NCBI GenBank assembly: GCA_003242315.2
Contig: QGUY02000003.1
Coordinates: 141 to 64,140, forward strand
Length of the DNA: 64,000 nt
Direction of reading: 5' to 3'
Source: Bacteroidota bacterium
GTDB lineage: Bacteria > Bacteroidota > Bacteroidia > Cytophagales > Cyclobacteriaceae
Below, in pieces: positions 1-9,866 of this stretch. Under the pieces are notes generated by a model. That model was not told the origin of the DNA and made no database searches. It was given only the letters and a program-made list of their open reading frames with translations. The position numbers and the translations under genes are program-made. Position 1 is the first letter of the stretch. Each line of letters starts with the position of its first letter.

Positions 1-1251
1 ATCACGACCGGCGCCTGCATCCGCGCAGAGGGTACGCTCGTCCCATCACCTGCAAAGGGGCAGACGATGGAAGTGAAGGTTTCGTCACTCACAATTCTTG
101 GCGACAGCGATCCGGAAAAATACCCGCTTCAGCCCAAGCGCCACTCGCTTGAATTCCTTCGTGAGATCGCACATTTGCGACCCCGAACCAACACGTTTGG
201 CGCGGTAATGCGAGTGCGACATGCCCTGGCCTATGCCGTCCACACATTTTTTAACGACAGAGGCTTCGTTTATGTTCATACGCCCATCATCACGGGTTCC
301 GATGCTGAAGGTGCTGGCGCAATGTTCAGGGTGACAACCCTCGACGCGGGCAACCCTCCCCGATCCGAAGACGGCAGCGTAGACTTTCGGGAAGACTTTT
401 TCGGACGCGAAACCAACCTTACCGTCTCGGGACAGCTCGAAGGCGAAACGCATGCACTCGCGCTGGGTGAGATTTATACGTTCGGTCCATGCTTCCGGGC
501 GGAGAACTCCAACACGACCCGCCACCTTTCGGAGTTCTGGATGATCGAACCCGAAATGGCGTTCTATGATCTTGAAGACAACATGGACCTGGCCGTGGCA
601 TTCGTGCGATACCTGTGCAATTATGTCCTCAACAACTGTGCTGACGACCTGGCCTTCCTCGCCAACCGGCTCGCCGAGGAGGAACGATCAAAGCCGCAGG
701 ATCAACGCAGCGAAATGGGTCTTATCGAAAAGCTGAAGTTTGTTGTCGAGAACGACTTTGAACGGCTCACTTACACAGAAGCCTTCGAAATACTTAAGAA
801 CTCCACACCGAACAAGAAAAAGAAGTTTCAGTTTCCCGTTGAAACCTGGGGTGTCGACCTGCAGTCGGAACACGAACGGTTCCTGGTAGAAAAACACTTC
901 AAGAAGCCGGTGATCCTGTATAACTATCCGGCCGACATCAAGGCATTCTACATGAAACAAAACGACGACGGTTGCACCGTTGCAGCAATGGATGTTCTGT
1001 TTCCGGGTATCGGCGAGATCATCGGTGGTTCAGAGCGGGAGGCAGACTACAACAAACTGCTAAACCGCATCCGCCAACTTGGCCTTCCGGAAAAAGAACT
1101 CTGGTGGTACCTGGACCTGCGCAGATTCGGATCCGCGCCTCACAGTGGATTCGGATTGGGCTTTGAACGGATGATGCAGTTTGTCACAGGTATGACCAAT
1201 ATCCGCGACGTAATTCCTTTCCCCCGTTATCCGGGTAACGCCGACTTCTAG
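1..1251 (+). CDS. asnS: Asparagine--tRNA ligase (5' end lies outside the window)
   Basis: Frame 1 is open from nt 1 with no start. Class II aaRS motifs [21 protein letters not shown] and [15 protein letters not shown] are present. Stop at 1249-1251. Confidence 0.9.
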   Translation: MTTGACIRAEGTLVPSPAKGQTMEVKVSSLTILGDSDPEKYPLQPKRHSLEFLREIAHLRPRTNTFGAVMRVRHALAYAVHTFFNDRGFVYVHTPIITGSDAEGAGAMFRVTTLDAGNPPRSEDGSVDFREDFFGRETNLTVSGQLEGETHALALGEIYTFGPCFRAENSNTTRHLSEFWMIEPEMAFYDLEDNMDLAVAFVRYLCNYVLNNCADDLAFLANRLAEEERSKPQDQRSEMGLIEKLKFVVENDFERLTYTEAFEILKNSTPNKKKKFQFPVETWGVDLQSEHERFLVEKHFKKPVILYNYPADIKAFYMKQNDDGCTVAAMDVLFPGIGEIIGGSEREADYNKLLNRIRQLGLPEKELWWYLDLRRFGSAPHSGFGLGFERMMQFVTGMTNIRDVIPFPRYPGNADF

Positions 1252-1257
1252 ACACAG

Positions 1258-2088
1258 CTACGGATGCTGGCGGAATGCGAGCAGTGGAATCCGACTTTGG
1301 AAAGCCAGCTTGCGGGTAAGACTCCTGTCAAACAGTTTTTCATAGACGCTGTGCTCGTGAGTAAACGTCGCGAGAAGATCGCCTGATGTTTCCTTTACAT
1401 ACGCCTCCACAGCCCTGTCGACATCCCGGTCAGCCACAACCTTTACTTCAAAGCGGTCGTAGTCGACCCTGGCAATCGCTTCGCGAATTCGCGACTCAGC
1501 AGCTGCCACATCCTTCGCGTTGGATGCAGCATGGAAGATATGCACGGTCGATTCAAAGATTTTTACGAACGGAAGCATGGTGGCGAGCTCATCGTCGATG
1601 TGCATCAGGTCAGTAGCATACACGAGTCTCTTGATGCCATTGAATTCTGCAAGTTCAGGAACGACCAGCACGGGGATGTGACTGATCTCGATAAGTGACG
1701 CCGTATTGCTTCCGAGGACAACTTTCTTTAACCCGTTGGCGCCTCGCGTTCCGATCACAATCAAACCTGACCGAAGCTTTTTCGCTTCATTCTTTACCGT
1801 CGCGTTAAACGATGACCCTTGCACGATCCGATGCTGGAGCGGTTTTGTCGTCTTCAGTTTCCCGGCAAGTTCCGCCGTCAGCAATTCCATGTCTTCCTTA
1901 GCGACGTGCATGAGTTCTTCTTCCAGCGCTTCGAGCCTTAGCCTCATACTTGCACGCGTGGGCTGAATTACCGTCACCACGTGGAGCAGGGTAAGGGTGC
2001 CATCCAGCTTATTTGCGAGCTTGATGGCATAGTCGATGGCAACGCGTGAAAGGTCAGAAAAATCGGTCGGTACAAGGATATTTACCAT
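1258..2088 (-). CDS. Universal stress protein, tandem UspA domains
   Basis: 276 aa with two halves, each opening with a USP-type strand (MVNILVPTDFSDLS; RLVYATDL). ATP-loop-like GTRGANGLKKVVLGSNT. Convergent with asnS across a 6-nt gap. Confidence 0.8.
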   Translation of the reverse strand: MVNILVPTDFSDLSRVAIDYAIKLANKLDGTLTLLHVVTVIQPTRASMRLRLEALEEELMHVAKEDMELLTAELAGKLKTTKPLQHRIVQGSSFNATVKNEAKKLRSGLIVIGTRGANGLKKVVLGSNTASLIEISHIPVLVVPELAEFNGIKRLVYATDLMHIDDELATMLPFVKIFESTVHIFHAASNAKDVAAAESRIREAIARVDYDRFEVKVVADRDVDRAVEAYVKETSGDLLATFTHEHSVYEKLFDRSLTRKLAFQSRIPLLAFRQHP

Positions 2089-2222
2089 TGGCGATCAGGT
2101 TTCAAATTCTAAAATAGCGTTTTTGTCCCTATCCGCATAGCGAGACATTTTGGACGGCACGAAAAACTCTGCACCCCTTGCGGCATCGCCGTAAAATTCG
2201 AACATTGTGCTTCATCGAAGTT

Positions 2223-3269
2223 ATGGGTAAACGCACCTTTGCGAGTGACAACTATGCCGGCGTGCATCCGGCAATTCTCGAGGCTTTGATCCAGGCGAAT
2301 GAGGGTCACGCTCCATCCTACGCGTCCGATGCATATACCCAACGGGCTGTCGGACGGTTCAAGGAATTGTTTGGCGAAGACGTCGAGGCCTTTTTCGTTT
2401 ACAACGGTACGGGCGCAAACGTGTCGGCGTTGTCCGCAATGACGCGGTCTTATCACGCGATCATTTGCTCGGAGCTTGCACACATAAATGTTGACGAATC
2501 AACGGCTCCGGAACACTTCACCGGATGTAAGCTGTTGCCCATACCCACTGACGATGGTAAGCTTTATCCACATCAGATCGAAGACCGGATTCAGCGTATA
2601 GGTGATCAACACCATGCGCAGGCAAAGGTCATCTCCATCTCGCAAAGCACAGAATACGGAACCGTCTATACCATTGATGAAGTCCGCGCAATCGCTGATA
2701 CGGCCAAACGGCACAACCTGCTCCTTCACATGGACGGATCCAGGATTTCAAACGCGGCCGTGGCGCTTAATGCCCCCTTTCGCGCATTTACGCGCGACGC
2801 GGGCGTCGACGTGTTGTCGTTTGGCGGCACCAAAAACGGGTTAATGTTTGGCGAGGCCGTGTTGTTTTTCAACCCGAAACTCGCGTCCGACTTTCCCTTC
2901 ATCCGAAAGCACGCCATGCAACTACACTCCAAGATGCGCTTTATCGGCGCTCAGTTCGACCGGCTCCTGGCCGATGATCTGTGGGCTGTGAATGCACGCC
3001 ACGCCAATCATATGGCACGCGAACTCGCAACGCGAATTGAAAAGATCAATGGTGTTACCATCACGAGAAAAGTTGAAGCCAATAGCGTCTTTGTTATCCT
3101 CCCTCCTGTCGTTGCTTCAAAGGTGCAGGAAGAATACTTTTTCTATCCGTGGAATGAAAAGATCAATGAATACCGCCTGATGTGCGCATTTGATACGACG
3201 CTGGAGGATATTGAGGATTTTGTGAAAAAACTGGAGAAGGCAATGATAACTTCACCAATTCGCAGGTAA
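2223..3269 (+). CDS. Threonine aldolase / beta-eliminating lyase family PLP enzyme
   Basis: Motifs FASDNYAGVHP, NGTGANV, HMDGSR and SFGGTKNG. I prefer ATG 2223 (MGKRTFASDN) over the ORF-track start at 2178. Confidence 0.75.
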   Translation: MGKRTFASDNYAGVHPAILEALIQANEGHAPSYASDAYTQRAVGRFKELFGEDVEAFFVYNGTGANVSALSAMTRSYHAIICSELAHINVDESTAPEHFTGCKLLPIPTDDGKLYPHQIEDRIQRIGDQHHAQAKVISISQSTEYGTVYTIDEVRAIADTAKRHNLLLHMDGSRISNAAVALNAPFRAFTRDAGVDVLSFGGTKNGLMFGEAVLFFNPKLASDFPFIRKHAMQLHSKMRFIGAQFDRLLADDLWAVNARHANHMARELATRIEKINGVTITRKVEANSVFVILPPVVASKVQEEYFFYPWNEKINEYRLMCAFDTTLEDIEDFVKKLEKAMITSPIRR

Positions 3270-3277
3270 TGTTTCTG

Positions 3278-3302
3278 TAGAGACGCAAGGCGTGCGTCTC
3301 TA
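3278..3302. repeat. GAGACGC palindromic element, copy A
   Basis: tagagacgca / aggcg / tgcgtctcta: a perfect 10-bp stem with a 5-nt loop and no flanking T-run. It sits between convergent stops at 3269 (+) and 3311 (-). Confidence 0.75.
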
Positions 3303-3310
3303 TTGGGAGT

Positions 3311-3676
3311 TTAACGCTTCAGGAATTTGAATACTCCTCGATACTGGGAGACGTTGTCCCGAATGGAGAGAAAATAATAGCCGGGTGCGAAATCCTTGAC
3401 GGTCACCCGCATTTCATGGTCGCTGATGGTTTCGACCTCCGGTCGAAGTTCGTTGCCGATTATGCTATGCACTGAAAGGCTGACGTCAGATGCTTTAAAG
3501 TCGCCGAGTTGGACGTAGAGGTAGTCGGGTGTGGGGTTGGGGTGCAGCTTGATACCGGCGCCTTCCCTCGCCTCGGTGCCATAAGAAAGGTCTGAGCCCG
3601 GCTGCCCTTCAGATTGGGCGGAGGCCGAAATCATCCCCAGGGATAGTACGATCAACAATAATGAGCGTAAAATCAT
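3311..3676 (-). CDS. Small secreted protein that is almost only a T9SS C-terminal sorting domain
   Basis: Signal peptide MILRSLLLIVLSLGMISASAQ, a linker of about 20 aa, then a CTD-like IKLHPNPTPDYLYVQL...GYYFLSIRD...FKFLKR. I prefer ATG 3676 over the ORF-track start at 3733. Confidence 0.65.
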   Translation of the reverse strand: MILRSLLLIVLSLGMISASAQSEGQPGSDLSYGTEAREGAGIKLHPNPTPDYLYVQLGDFKASDVSLSVHSIIGNELRPEVETISDHEMRVTVKDFAPGYYFLSIRDNVSQYRGVFKFLKR

Positions 3677-3867
3677 CGTTCTATAGGCAAACTCTTTGAA
3701 TCCTCTCTGGATATACGGCAAATTCCGCACCAAAGTTCCGACTTTTCCACGAACTGTGGTACGGTGACGCGTTCACCATATTAGATACCATTAAGGTCGG
3801 AAAAGTTTAGGCGCGTTCTGAAAATTTTGGAAAAAATTCCCGTTTTGGGGTCGAAAAAACGCCCAAC

Positions 3868-5352
3868 CTACCTAAAAGCCTGCGGAAGGTACTCTATGAG
3901 GTCCGAAGCAATCAGTCCCTCCGTTCCCTTATCGGCCGCCGCCACATCCCCAGCCCGTCCGTGAAGGTACACGCCCATGATGGCCGTTTCCAGGGGCTCG
4001 TATCCCTGGGCCAGGATACCCGTGAGTATGCCGGTAAGCACGTCGCCACTGCCGCCGGTCGCCATCCCCGGGTTACCGGTGGGGTTGAAGTAGACATTGT
4101 CATCAGGACTGGCGATTGTGGAATAGGCACCCTTCAGCACCACGATAACTTTATGCCTCCGGGCAAATTCGCGTACAAGATTCAGCCTGGCGAAGTCGTC
4201 CGACCAGGGGCCCGCAAGCCGCTCGAATTCCCTGGGATGAGGCGTTAGAATGCTTTGCGGCGGAACGAGATCTATCAAACCCGCATTGGCGGACAGGATG
4301 TTCAACGCATCCGCATCGATGACCATGGGCTTGCGATGCTCCTCCAGGAACCGGCGGAACGCTTTGGCGGTCGCATCTGCGGTACCAATTCCTGGTCCTA
4401 TGCCTACAGCGTCAGCCTCCACACCAGGCAGTTCAGTAATGGCGTGTGCCCCGGCATCAACGCGGGCCATTGCTTCGGGAACGGCAGTCTGGACGATCTG
4501 GTAACCACATTCAGGAACGTGAAGGGTGAGCAGTCCCAGCCCGGACCGCAATGCGGCACGCGCGCAAAGCACAGCGGCACCCATCTTGCCGTAGCCACCA
4601 GCCACGATCACTGCCCTGCCGTAGTCGCCCTTATGGCCAAACTTTGATCGTCGTTTTCGAATCCGCCGGACGTCCTTACGTTGAACCTGGTACGTTGTGG
4701 TCGTCACGTTGTCCAGGAAAGCATCAAGCAACCCGATGTCCACCACGTGCCATTCACCCGTGAAGGGATAACTGCCGGGAAGGTAAAAGGCAAGTTTGGG
4801 CGACTGAAACGTGACGGTGTAATGTGCCCGGACGATTGCACCCGTCGATGGTCCATCCACCATTAGCCCCGAGGGTATGTCGATGGCCACTCGTGTCGCT
4901 TGCGCGTCGTTTATTCGTTCAATCGCGTAAGCGTATATACCCTCTGGCTGACGGGATAGTCCGGATCCGAATATGCCATCTATGATGATATCGCATGCGC
5001 TGAAATCCATGGGATCACCCGGCTGGGTGACCTCCGCCACCGGAATGGCTTGAGGCAGTCTTTGACGATTGGTGTTAAAATCAGCCGACCCCTGTCCCTG
5101 CCCTTTCACAATCCACACCCTCACCGTGTAGCCCCAGTCTCGCAGCATGCGGGCGATACCCAGGCCGTCGCCACCGTTGTTCCCCGTGCCACACACTACC
5201 CCCACTCGTCGGCTGGCGTTGAAATGCTCTGCGAACCACACGACAAACGCGCGGCACGCCCGTTCCATGAGATCGATGGAAGCAATGGGTTCATTGCTGA
5301 TGGTGAAGGCATCCCATTCCCTGATCTGGCCGGAAGAAAGTATCTTCAGCAT
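3868..5352 (-). CDS. nnr: Bifunctional NAD(P)H-hydrate repair enzyme (epimerase + ADP-dependent dehydratase)
   Basis: N-terminal YjeF_N motifs (VVCGTGNNGGDG) and a C-terminal carbohydrate-kinase-like part (GPGIG, GNPGMATGGSGDVLTG). ATG 5352 removes the overlap with the neighbouring gene. Confidence 0.85.
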   Translation of the reverse strand: MLKILSSGQIREWDAFTISNEPIASIDLMERACRAFVVWFAEHFNASRRVGVVCGTGNNGGDGLGIARMLRDWGYTVRVWIVKGQGQGSADFNTNRQRLPQAIPVAEVTQPGDPMDFSACDIIIDGIFGSGLSRQPEGIYAYAIERINDAQATRVAIDIPSGLMVDGPSTGAIVRAHYTVTFQSPKLAFYLPGSYPFTGEWHVVDIGLLDAFLDNVTTTTYQVQRKDVRRIRKRRSKFGHKGDYGRAVIVAGGYGKMGAAVLCARAALRSGLGLLTLHVPECGYQIVQTAVPEAMARVDAGAHAITELPGVEADAVGIGPGIGTADATAKAFRRFLEEHRKPMVIDADALNILSANAGLIDLVPPQSILTPHPREFERLAGPWSDDFARLNLVREFARRHKVIVVLKGAYSTIASPDDNVYFNPTGNPGMATGGSGDVLTGILTGILAQGYEPLETAIMGVYLHGRAGDVAAADKGTEGLIASDLIEYLPQAFR

Positions 5353-5377
5353 GGGATCAAATATAGAGACAATAGGT

Positions 5378-6334
5378 CTAATCGCGTTTGGCATCAAGCC
5401 AGGCGACCTTCTGCTCGGGTTGATGCTCCTTCCCGATGATTGACGCGTATAAGTCGGGTCGCCTTGCTTTCCTATACCGGTATCCTCCCGCGCGGGTCAG
5501 CTTCTCCGGGGTAAGTAAGGCAGTACACAAATCGTCGCCCAGGACACGACATTCAGCAACTATGTCGCCGTAAGGATCGATGATCATAGAACAACCATTC
5601 TTCAACTGATCATCATCCATCCCGATCGGATTGGAAAACACGACATACACCGCGTTGTCGTACGCTCTCGAGGGCAGCCATTTCATAAGCCATTGTCTTC
5701 CCTTGAGTCCATCAAACTCCATGCGAAGGGTTGTCGGATCGGCTTCGCGGTTTTCCCACAGCTTTGGATCGACGAACCCGGCGCCCGGGCGTGTTGAAGG
5801 TGTACACATGGTCACGTGCGGCATAAAGATCACGTCAGCGCCCAGCAACGCCGTCGCTCTGACGTTCTCTATAATGTTGTTGTCATAGCAAATGAGAATT
5901 CCACATTTCCATCCCCGCAATGTGAATACACAATACGAATCACCCGGTGAGAGATTGGGATTTATGAACGGGTGAAGCTTTCTGAAACTCGTCACATATC
6001 CTTCTTCGTCGACACATACATACGTATTGTATAATTTACCGTCCTTATCTTTCTCGAAAAGACCTGCAAGGACAGCAATGTTATGGCGTCGTGAAATTCC
6101 GATGAGGCGGTGTACACTCGGTCCATCAGGAACCATTTCAGCTACGGCAGTCAGTTGTTCACGCGAGAGATGACGCGCGAAAGAATACCCCGTTATGGAG
6201 CATTCATGGAAGGCTACTACAGACGAGCCTTCCGCGGCGGCTTTTTCCGCCAGTAATTCAATAACAGAAAGGTTGTACGCCTTATCGCCGCTCCTGTTTT
6301 CAAACTGCGCGGTCGATACCTTGATCGGATTCAT
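5378..6334 (-). CDS. Carbon-nitrogen hydrolase (nitrilase superfamily)
   Basis: 318 aa. Shows the E-K-C triad context of the family (VVAFHECSITGY, FRKLHPF, KCGILICYD). Confidence 0.8.
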   Translation of the reverse strand: MNPIKVSTAQFENRSGDKAYNLSVIELLAEKAAAEGSSVVAFHECSITGYSFARHLSREQLTAVAEMVPDGPSVHRLIGISRRHNIAVLAGLFEKDKDGKLYNTYVCVDEEGYVTSFRKLHPFINPNLSPGDSYCVFTLRGWKCGILICYDNNIIENVRATALLGADVIFMPHVTMCTPSTRPGAGFVDPKLWENREADPTTLRMEFDGLKGRQWLMKWLPSRAYDNAVYVVFSNPIGMDDDQLKNGCSMIIDPYGDIVAECRVLGDDLCTALLTPEKLTRAGGYRYRKARRPDLYASIIGKEHQPEQKVAWLDAKRD

Positions 6335-6342
6335 ATTGAATT

Positions 6343-6858
6343 TCAGGTAAGAAGTAGTTCAGCGATTTCCTCCCAGGTGTCTACCCTCCGATGTCTTGTT
6401 TGTAACCCGCTATTGTGAGGCTGACTGAAAAGGAAGGTGTCGCCTTCAAATTTATCCAGATTTTTGAGATGGTCGTCGATCATGATATCCGCCTTCACGA
6501 TTTCCTTCGAGCCGCAAAACGCGATCTGCCGCCAGTGAATAAACGGAAAGTGTTCGTTCAGCCATTCGCGTTTGTCGCCAAGACTAGACGGAAACTCCAT
6601 GGCTGCTGAGACGATAAAGATTTCGTATTGCTGATTTAACTGTTCCAGCACCTCGCGACTGCCAGGCACGACAGGGACCGTACGAAAGAATCCCCTGGTA
6701 TTCGCGTGGCGATGGCCATGCGGGAAAGCCTTGAATTCCGGGAGTCCTTTGAGTTGCTCGATCTCTAGTCGAACTCCGGTATCCTTTTCATGGTATGCAA
6801 TGAACTGTTTGTACACGTCCGCGAGGACGCCGTCCATGTCAACCGCAATTCTCTTCAT
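6343..6858 (-). CDS. HAD-family 5'(3')-deoxyribonucleotidase-like hydrolase
   Basis: DxDGV motif at the N-terminus (IAVDMDGVLAD), 171 aa, and a late IDD motif (MIDDHLKNL). Confidence 0.7.
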   Translation of the reverse strand: MKRIAVDMDGVLADVYKQFIAYHEKDTGVRLEIEQLKGLPEFKAFPHGHRHANTRGFFRTVPVVPGSREVLEQLNQQYEIFIVSAAMEFPSSLGDKREWLNEHFPFIHWRQIAFCGSKEIVKADIMIDDHLKNLDKFEGDTFLFSQPHNSGLQTRHRRVDTWEEIAELLLT

Positions 6859-6868
6859 GCTAAACCTG

Positions 6869-8590
6869 TCACAGGTTCCGCTTCTTGAGTTCGTCGACCG
6901 CGTGATTGGCAGCGCGGGCAGTTATCGCCATAAAGGTAAGCGTCGGGTTTTGCGTACCTGTGGATGTCATGCATGCCCCGTCGGTGACGAAGACGTTGGG
7001 GCAGTGATGCATTTGATTCCACGCATTCAACAAGGAAGTCTTAGGATCACGTCCCATACGCACGCCGCCCATTTCGTGGATGTCGGAACCGGGAGGCGCA
7101 CCGGTATCGTTGGCCGTTATGTTTACAAAACCAGCTTTTTCAAACATTTCGCGCGATTGCTCCACATAGTCCTGCGTCATCTTATCGTCGTTGTCGGTCC
7201 ACTCACACGAGATGACCAATTGGGGAATGCCATACTTGTCCTTAAGGTCCTCATGCAACCGGACGTGATTTTTTTCTATCGGGATCACCTCTCCCATCAT
7301 CCAGCTGCTGATATGCCATGTGCCGAGTTTGGGATGCAACAGGTTTTCGCGGAGCTCATCACCAATCATTGAGGTGTCCGATGATGTCCCTCTTCCTCCT
7401 CCGATTCCAATCGCATAGCCCCTCAAAAAATCCATCTCCTGTTTGCGAACATTACGGAAGCGGGGAATATAGCTATGGCTTGGATTTCTGCCGGATGTCT
7501 TCTTGTCTTTGAATCCTTCGTAGATGGCGTTCGCCTTGCCGCGATAGTTGTGCCATGCGATGTACTTACCGAGCAGGCCACTGTCGTTACCGAGACCGTT
7601 GGGGAATCTTGATGATTTAGAATTCAACAGGATGGCATTGGTGTTCAACGCGGACGCGTTTACGAAAATGATCTTCGCATAAAACTCAATCATTTCCTTA
7701 CTGTGACGGTCGATAACGCGCACTCCCGTAGCACGTCCCTTCTTATCATCATAGATGATGGAATGCACCACAGAATCGGGACGTATCGTAAGGTTACCCG
7801 TCTTCATTGCCCAGGGCAACGTGGACGAGTTGCTGCTGAAATATGCACCGTACACACACCCCCGATTACACATCGCCTGATTCATACACTTCGCACGCCC
7901 TTGCTGGGTGTGGATTGGTTGGGGATCGGTGATGTGTGCGCAACGCGCCTGGATGAGATGTCGATCGTTGTAGTGTTTCTTCAGGCTTTCCAGGAAGTGC
8001 TTTTCAATGCAACTCATTTCAAAGCCCGGCATGCATTCGCTGTCCGGGAGTTCAGGAAGTCCATCGCGGTTGCCGGCGATGCCAGCAAACTTTTCTACGT
8101 GCGCGTACCAGGGCTCAAGGTCTTTATAACGTATGGGCCAATCGACAGCAAAGCCATCGCGCGCGGGACCTTCAAAATCAAAATCACTCCATCGTTGTGT
8201 TTGCCGTGCCCACAGCAGTGATTTTCCTCCGACGTGGTATCCGCGAAACCAACGAAAGGGCTTTTCCTGGATGTAAGGCTGTTCATCTTCCTTCAACGCC
8301 CAGTGCAGGGTTGCTTCGTTCAGGAAGCGACCGCCGCCATAGCCCACTCTTTTGTCGAGCGGCACCGTTCCGCGAAACTCAAACTGCCAGGGGGCCTTGG
8401 ACGCTGTGGGGTAGTCCTTGATGTGTTTCACGTCGCGTCCCCTTTCCAGCACGAGCGTCTTCAGCCCATTGTCGCAAAGTTCTTTTGCCGCCCATCCTCC
8501 GGAGGCGCCGGAGCCGATGACGACGGCGTCAAAGGTACGGTCCTTTATGGAGTCGATATTAAGATTAGCCATAGCCTCAGGAGTTAACAT
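6869..8590 (-). CDS. GMC-family FAD oxidoreductase (large subunit)
   Basis: Rossmann FAD motif DAVVIGSGASGGWAAKEL, 573 aa, and the C-terminal GMC region HEMGGVRMG. An alternative start at ATG 8572 would remove the 14-nt overlap with the upstream gene. Confidence 0.85.
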   Translation of the reverse strand: MLTPEAMANLNIDSIKDRTFDAVVIGSGASGGWAAKELCDNGLKTLVLERGRDVKHIKDYPTASKAPWQFEFRGTVPLDKRVGYGGGRFLNEATLHWALKEDEQPYIQEKPFRWFRGYHVGGKSLLWARQTQRWSDFDFEGPARDGFAVDWPIRYKDLEPWYAHVEKFAGIAGNRDGLPELPDSECMPGFEMSCIEKHFLESLKKHYNDRHLIQARCAHITDPQPIHTQQGRAKCMNQAMCNRGCVYGAYFSSNSSTLPWAMKTGNLTIRPDSVVHSIIYDDKKGRATGVRVIDRHSKEMIEFYAKIIFVNASALNTNAILLNSKSSRFPNGLGNDSGLLGKYIAWHNYRGKANAIYEGFKDKKTSGRNPSHSYIPRFRNVRKQEMDFLRGYAIGIGGGRGTSSDTSMIGDELRENLLHPKLGTWHISSWMMGEVIPIEKNHVRLHEDLKDKYGIPQLVISCEWTDNDDKMTQDYVEQSREMFEKAGFVNITANDTGAPPGSDIHEMGGVRMGRDPKTSLLNAWNQMHHCPNVFVTDGACMTSTGTQNPTLTFMAITARAANHAVDELKKRNL

Positions 8591-9098
8591 CTACACAGCC
8601 ATAGTAATGGCCGGGTGCGACCTTGTAATTATGATAGTTGACCATCACCTCTTTGGAGGTGCTGAAACCGCGGATGGTTTCACGCTTGACGAGTTCGAAG
8701 AACTCGCTTTTATCCTTTTCGCCGGAGTCCGCAAAACTCAGGAGCATTTTCTTTCGCTGTTCCTGATCACACACAGTAAAGGATTTTCCGTGGGTGCTTT
8801 GGGCCAATGCGTTTAGCGCGCCAAGCTGCTTTTTTAAATTATCCTGGACTTCTTCTTCATAACACCGATCGAAGAGCGCAACGAGAAATTTGTCCACGCC
8901 GACAGACAGTGCACCAATGCTGTTACCCGGTGGTATGATCGTATCAGCGACAGCGGCGAGCAGGTCCTGTTCGGTTGAACTGAACACTGATAAACGGGCA
9001 GGCAGTGTTTCTGCTGTCCAGGCGTCCGCCCAGGCAGGCAAGGCTATGAGCCCGGCCGATGCCGCCATGAGGGTACGGATAGTTTCCCTTCGGTTCAT
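8577..9098 (-). CDS. Gluconate 2-dehydrogenase subunit-3-like small subunit with Tat signal
   Basis: Twin-arginine signal MNRRETIRTLMAASAGLIALPAWA. About 170 aa and paired with the GMC flavoprotein gene. Confidence 0.7.
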   Translation of the reverse strand: MNRRETIRTLMAASAGLIALPAWADAWTAETLPARLSVFSSTEQDLLAAVADTIIPPGNSIGALSVGVDKFLVALFDRCYEEEVQDNLKKQLGALNALAQSTHGKSFTVCDQEQRKKMLLSFADSGEKDKSEFFELVKRETIRGFSTSKEVMVNYHNYKVAPGHYYGCVDVNS

Positions 9099-9192
9099 GG
9101 TAGGTTGATAGGTGCAAACTTTCCCGAAGATAACCAATCATGGAAAACGATTGCAGCATTTATGACGAGTGGACGGTATCGCGGCCCTTTTT

Positions 9193-9200
9193 TAAATTTG
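9193..9200 (+). promoter_or_regulatory. Candidate Bacteroidota -7 promoter box (TAAATTTG)
   Basis: Exact TAnnTTTG match 34 nt upstream of ATG 9234. No clear -33 element. Confidence 0.35.
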
Positions 9201-9233
9201 GCAAACCTCAACCCTCGACTGCCATTATATATC

Positions 9234-9830
9234 ATGGAAATGAAAACCAAGATATCAACTGCACTACTCGTATGTCTAGCGGCCTTTTCTGGCTGCAAGG
9301 ATGACAATAACGATAGGGAAGTAGTAAAGCCATCAGAGAATCCGATAACAACTTTTATTGCCGGAGTGACCGGCTTCGAAATTCTCAGGGGGACGACGGG
9401 TCCCTGGGAATTTGGCGTTGTATTCAGCGCGTCTGTGCCCGGAAAGATTACCCAATTGGGCTCCCAGATGCCGGATCCTGGCAATTACCGCGTCTTAATT
9501 TGGGAATGGGATACACAAAAACTCACCAGGCAGAAAACAGTTGAGCAGACAACCCCGGGAACCCTGGCTCTCGCAAACGTAGAGCCTTTAGCTATCGAGC
9601 CTAACAAGAAATATGTTATCAGCATAAATAGCAGCGAATCTGGGGTAAACAAAGCTTTCTATTACGCGCACAAGATCGGCGCGGCTGAATACATGCCTTT
9701 CACGATAGGAAACATACTTATACAGGAAGCCTGCTACAAGGGAACCAGTGGGCCGGAATTTCCATCGACCGTGGTAGGAGTAAAATATGAACTCTACGGT
9801 TATCCTGAATTTACATTTATTCCTGACTAA
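9234..9830 (+). CDS. DUF4082-like lipoprotein, paralog 1
   Basis: Lipobox AAFSGC. The pattern EFGVVFSASVPGKITQLG...YRVLIWEW resembles DUF4082. Start moved to ATG 9234. Confidence 0.7.
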   Translation: MEMKTKISTALLVCLAAFSGCKDDNNDREVVKPSENPITTFIAGVTGFEILRGTTGPWEFGVVFSASVPGKITQLGSQMPDPGNYRVLIWEWDTQKLTRQKTVEQTTPGTLALANVEPLAIEPNKKYVISINSSESGVNKAFYYAHKIGAAEYMPFTIGNILIQEACYKGTSGPEFPSTVVGVKYELYGYPEFTFIPD

Positions 9831-9866
9831 CCAGAACGCTCTTCAAACTAAGCCAGCTTACGCTCT

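Noticed and set aside
6731-7372. 213-aa plus-strand ORF (TTG start)
   Set aside because: It is antisense to the GMC oxidoreductase and the HAD gene and has no motifs.
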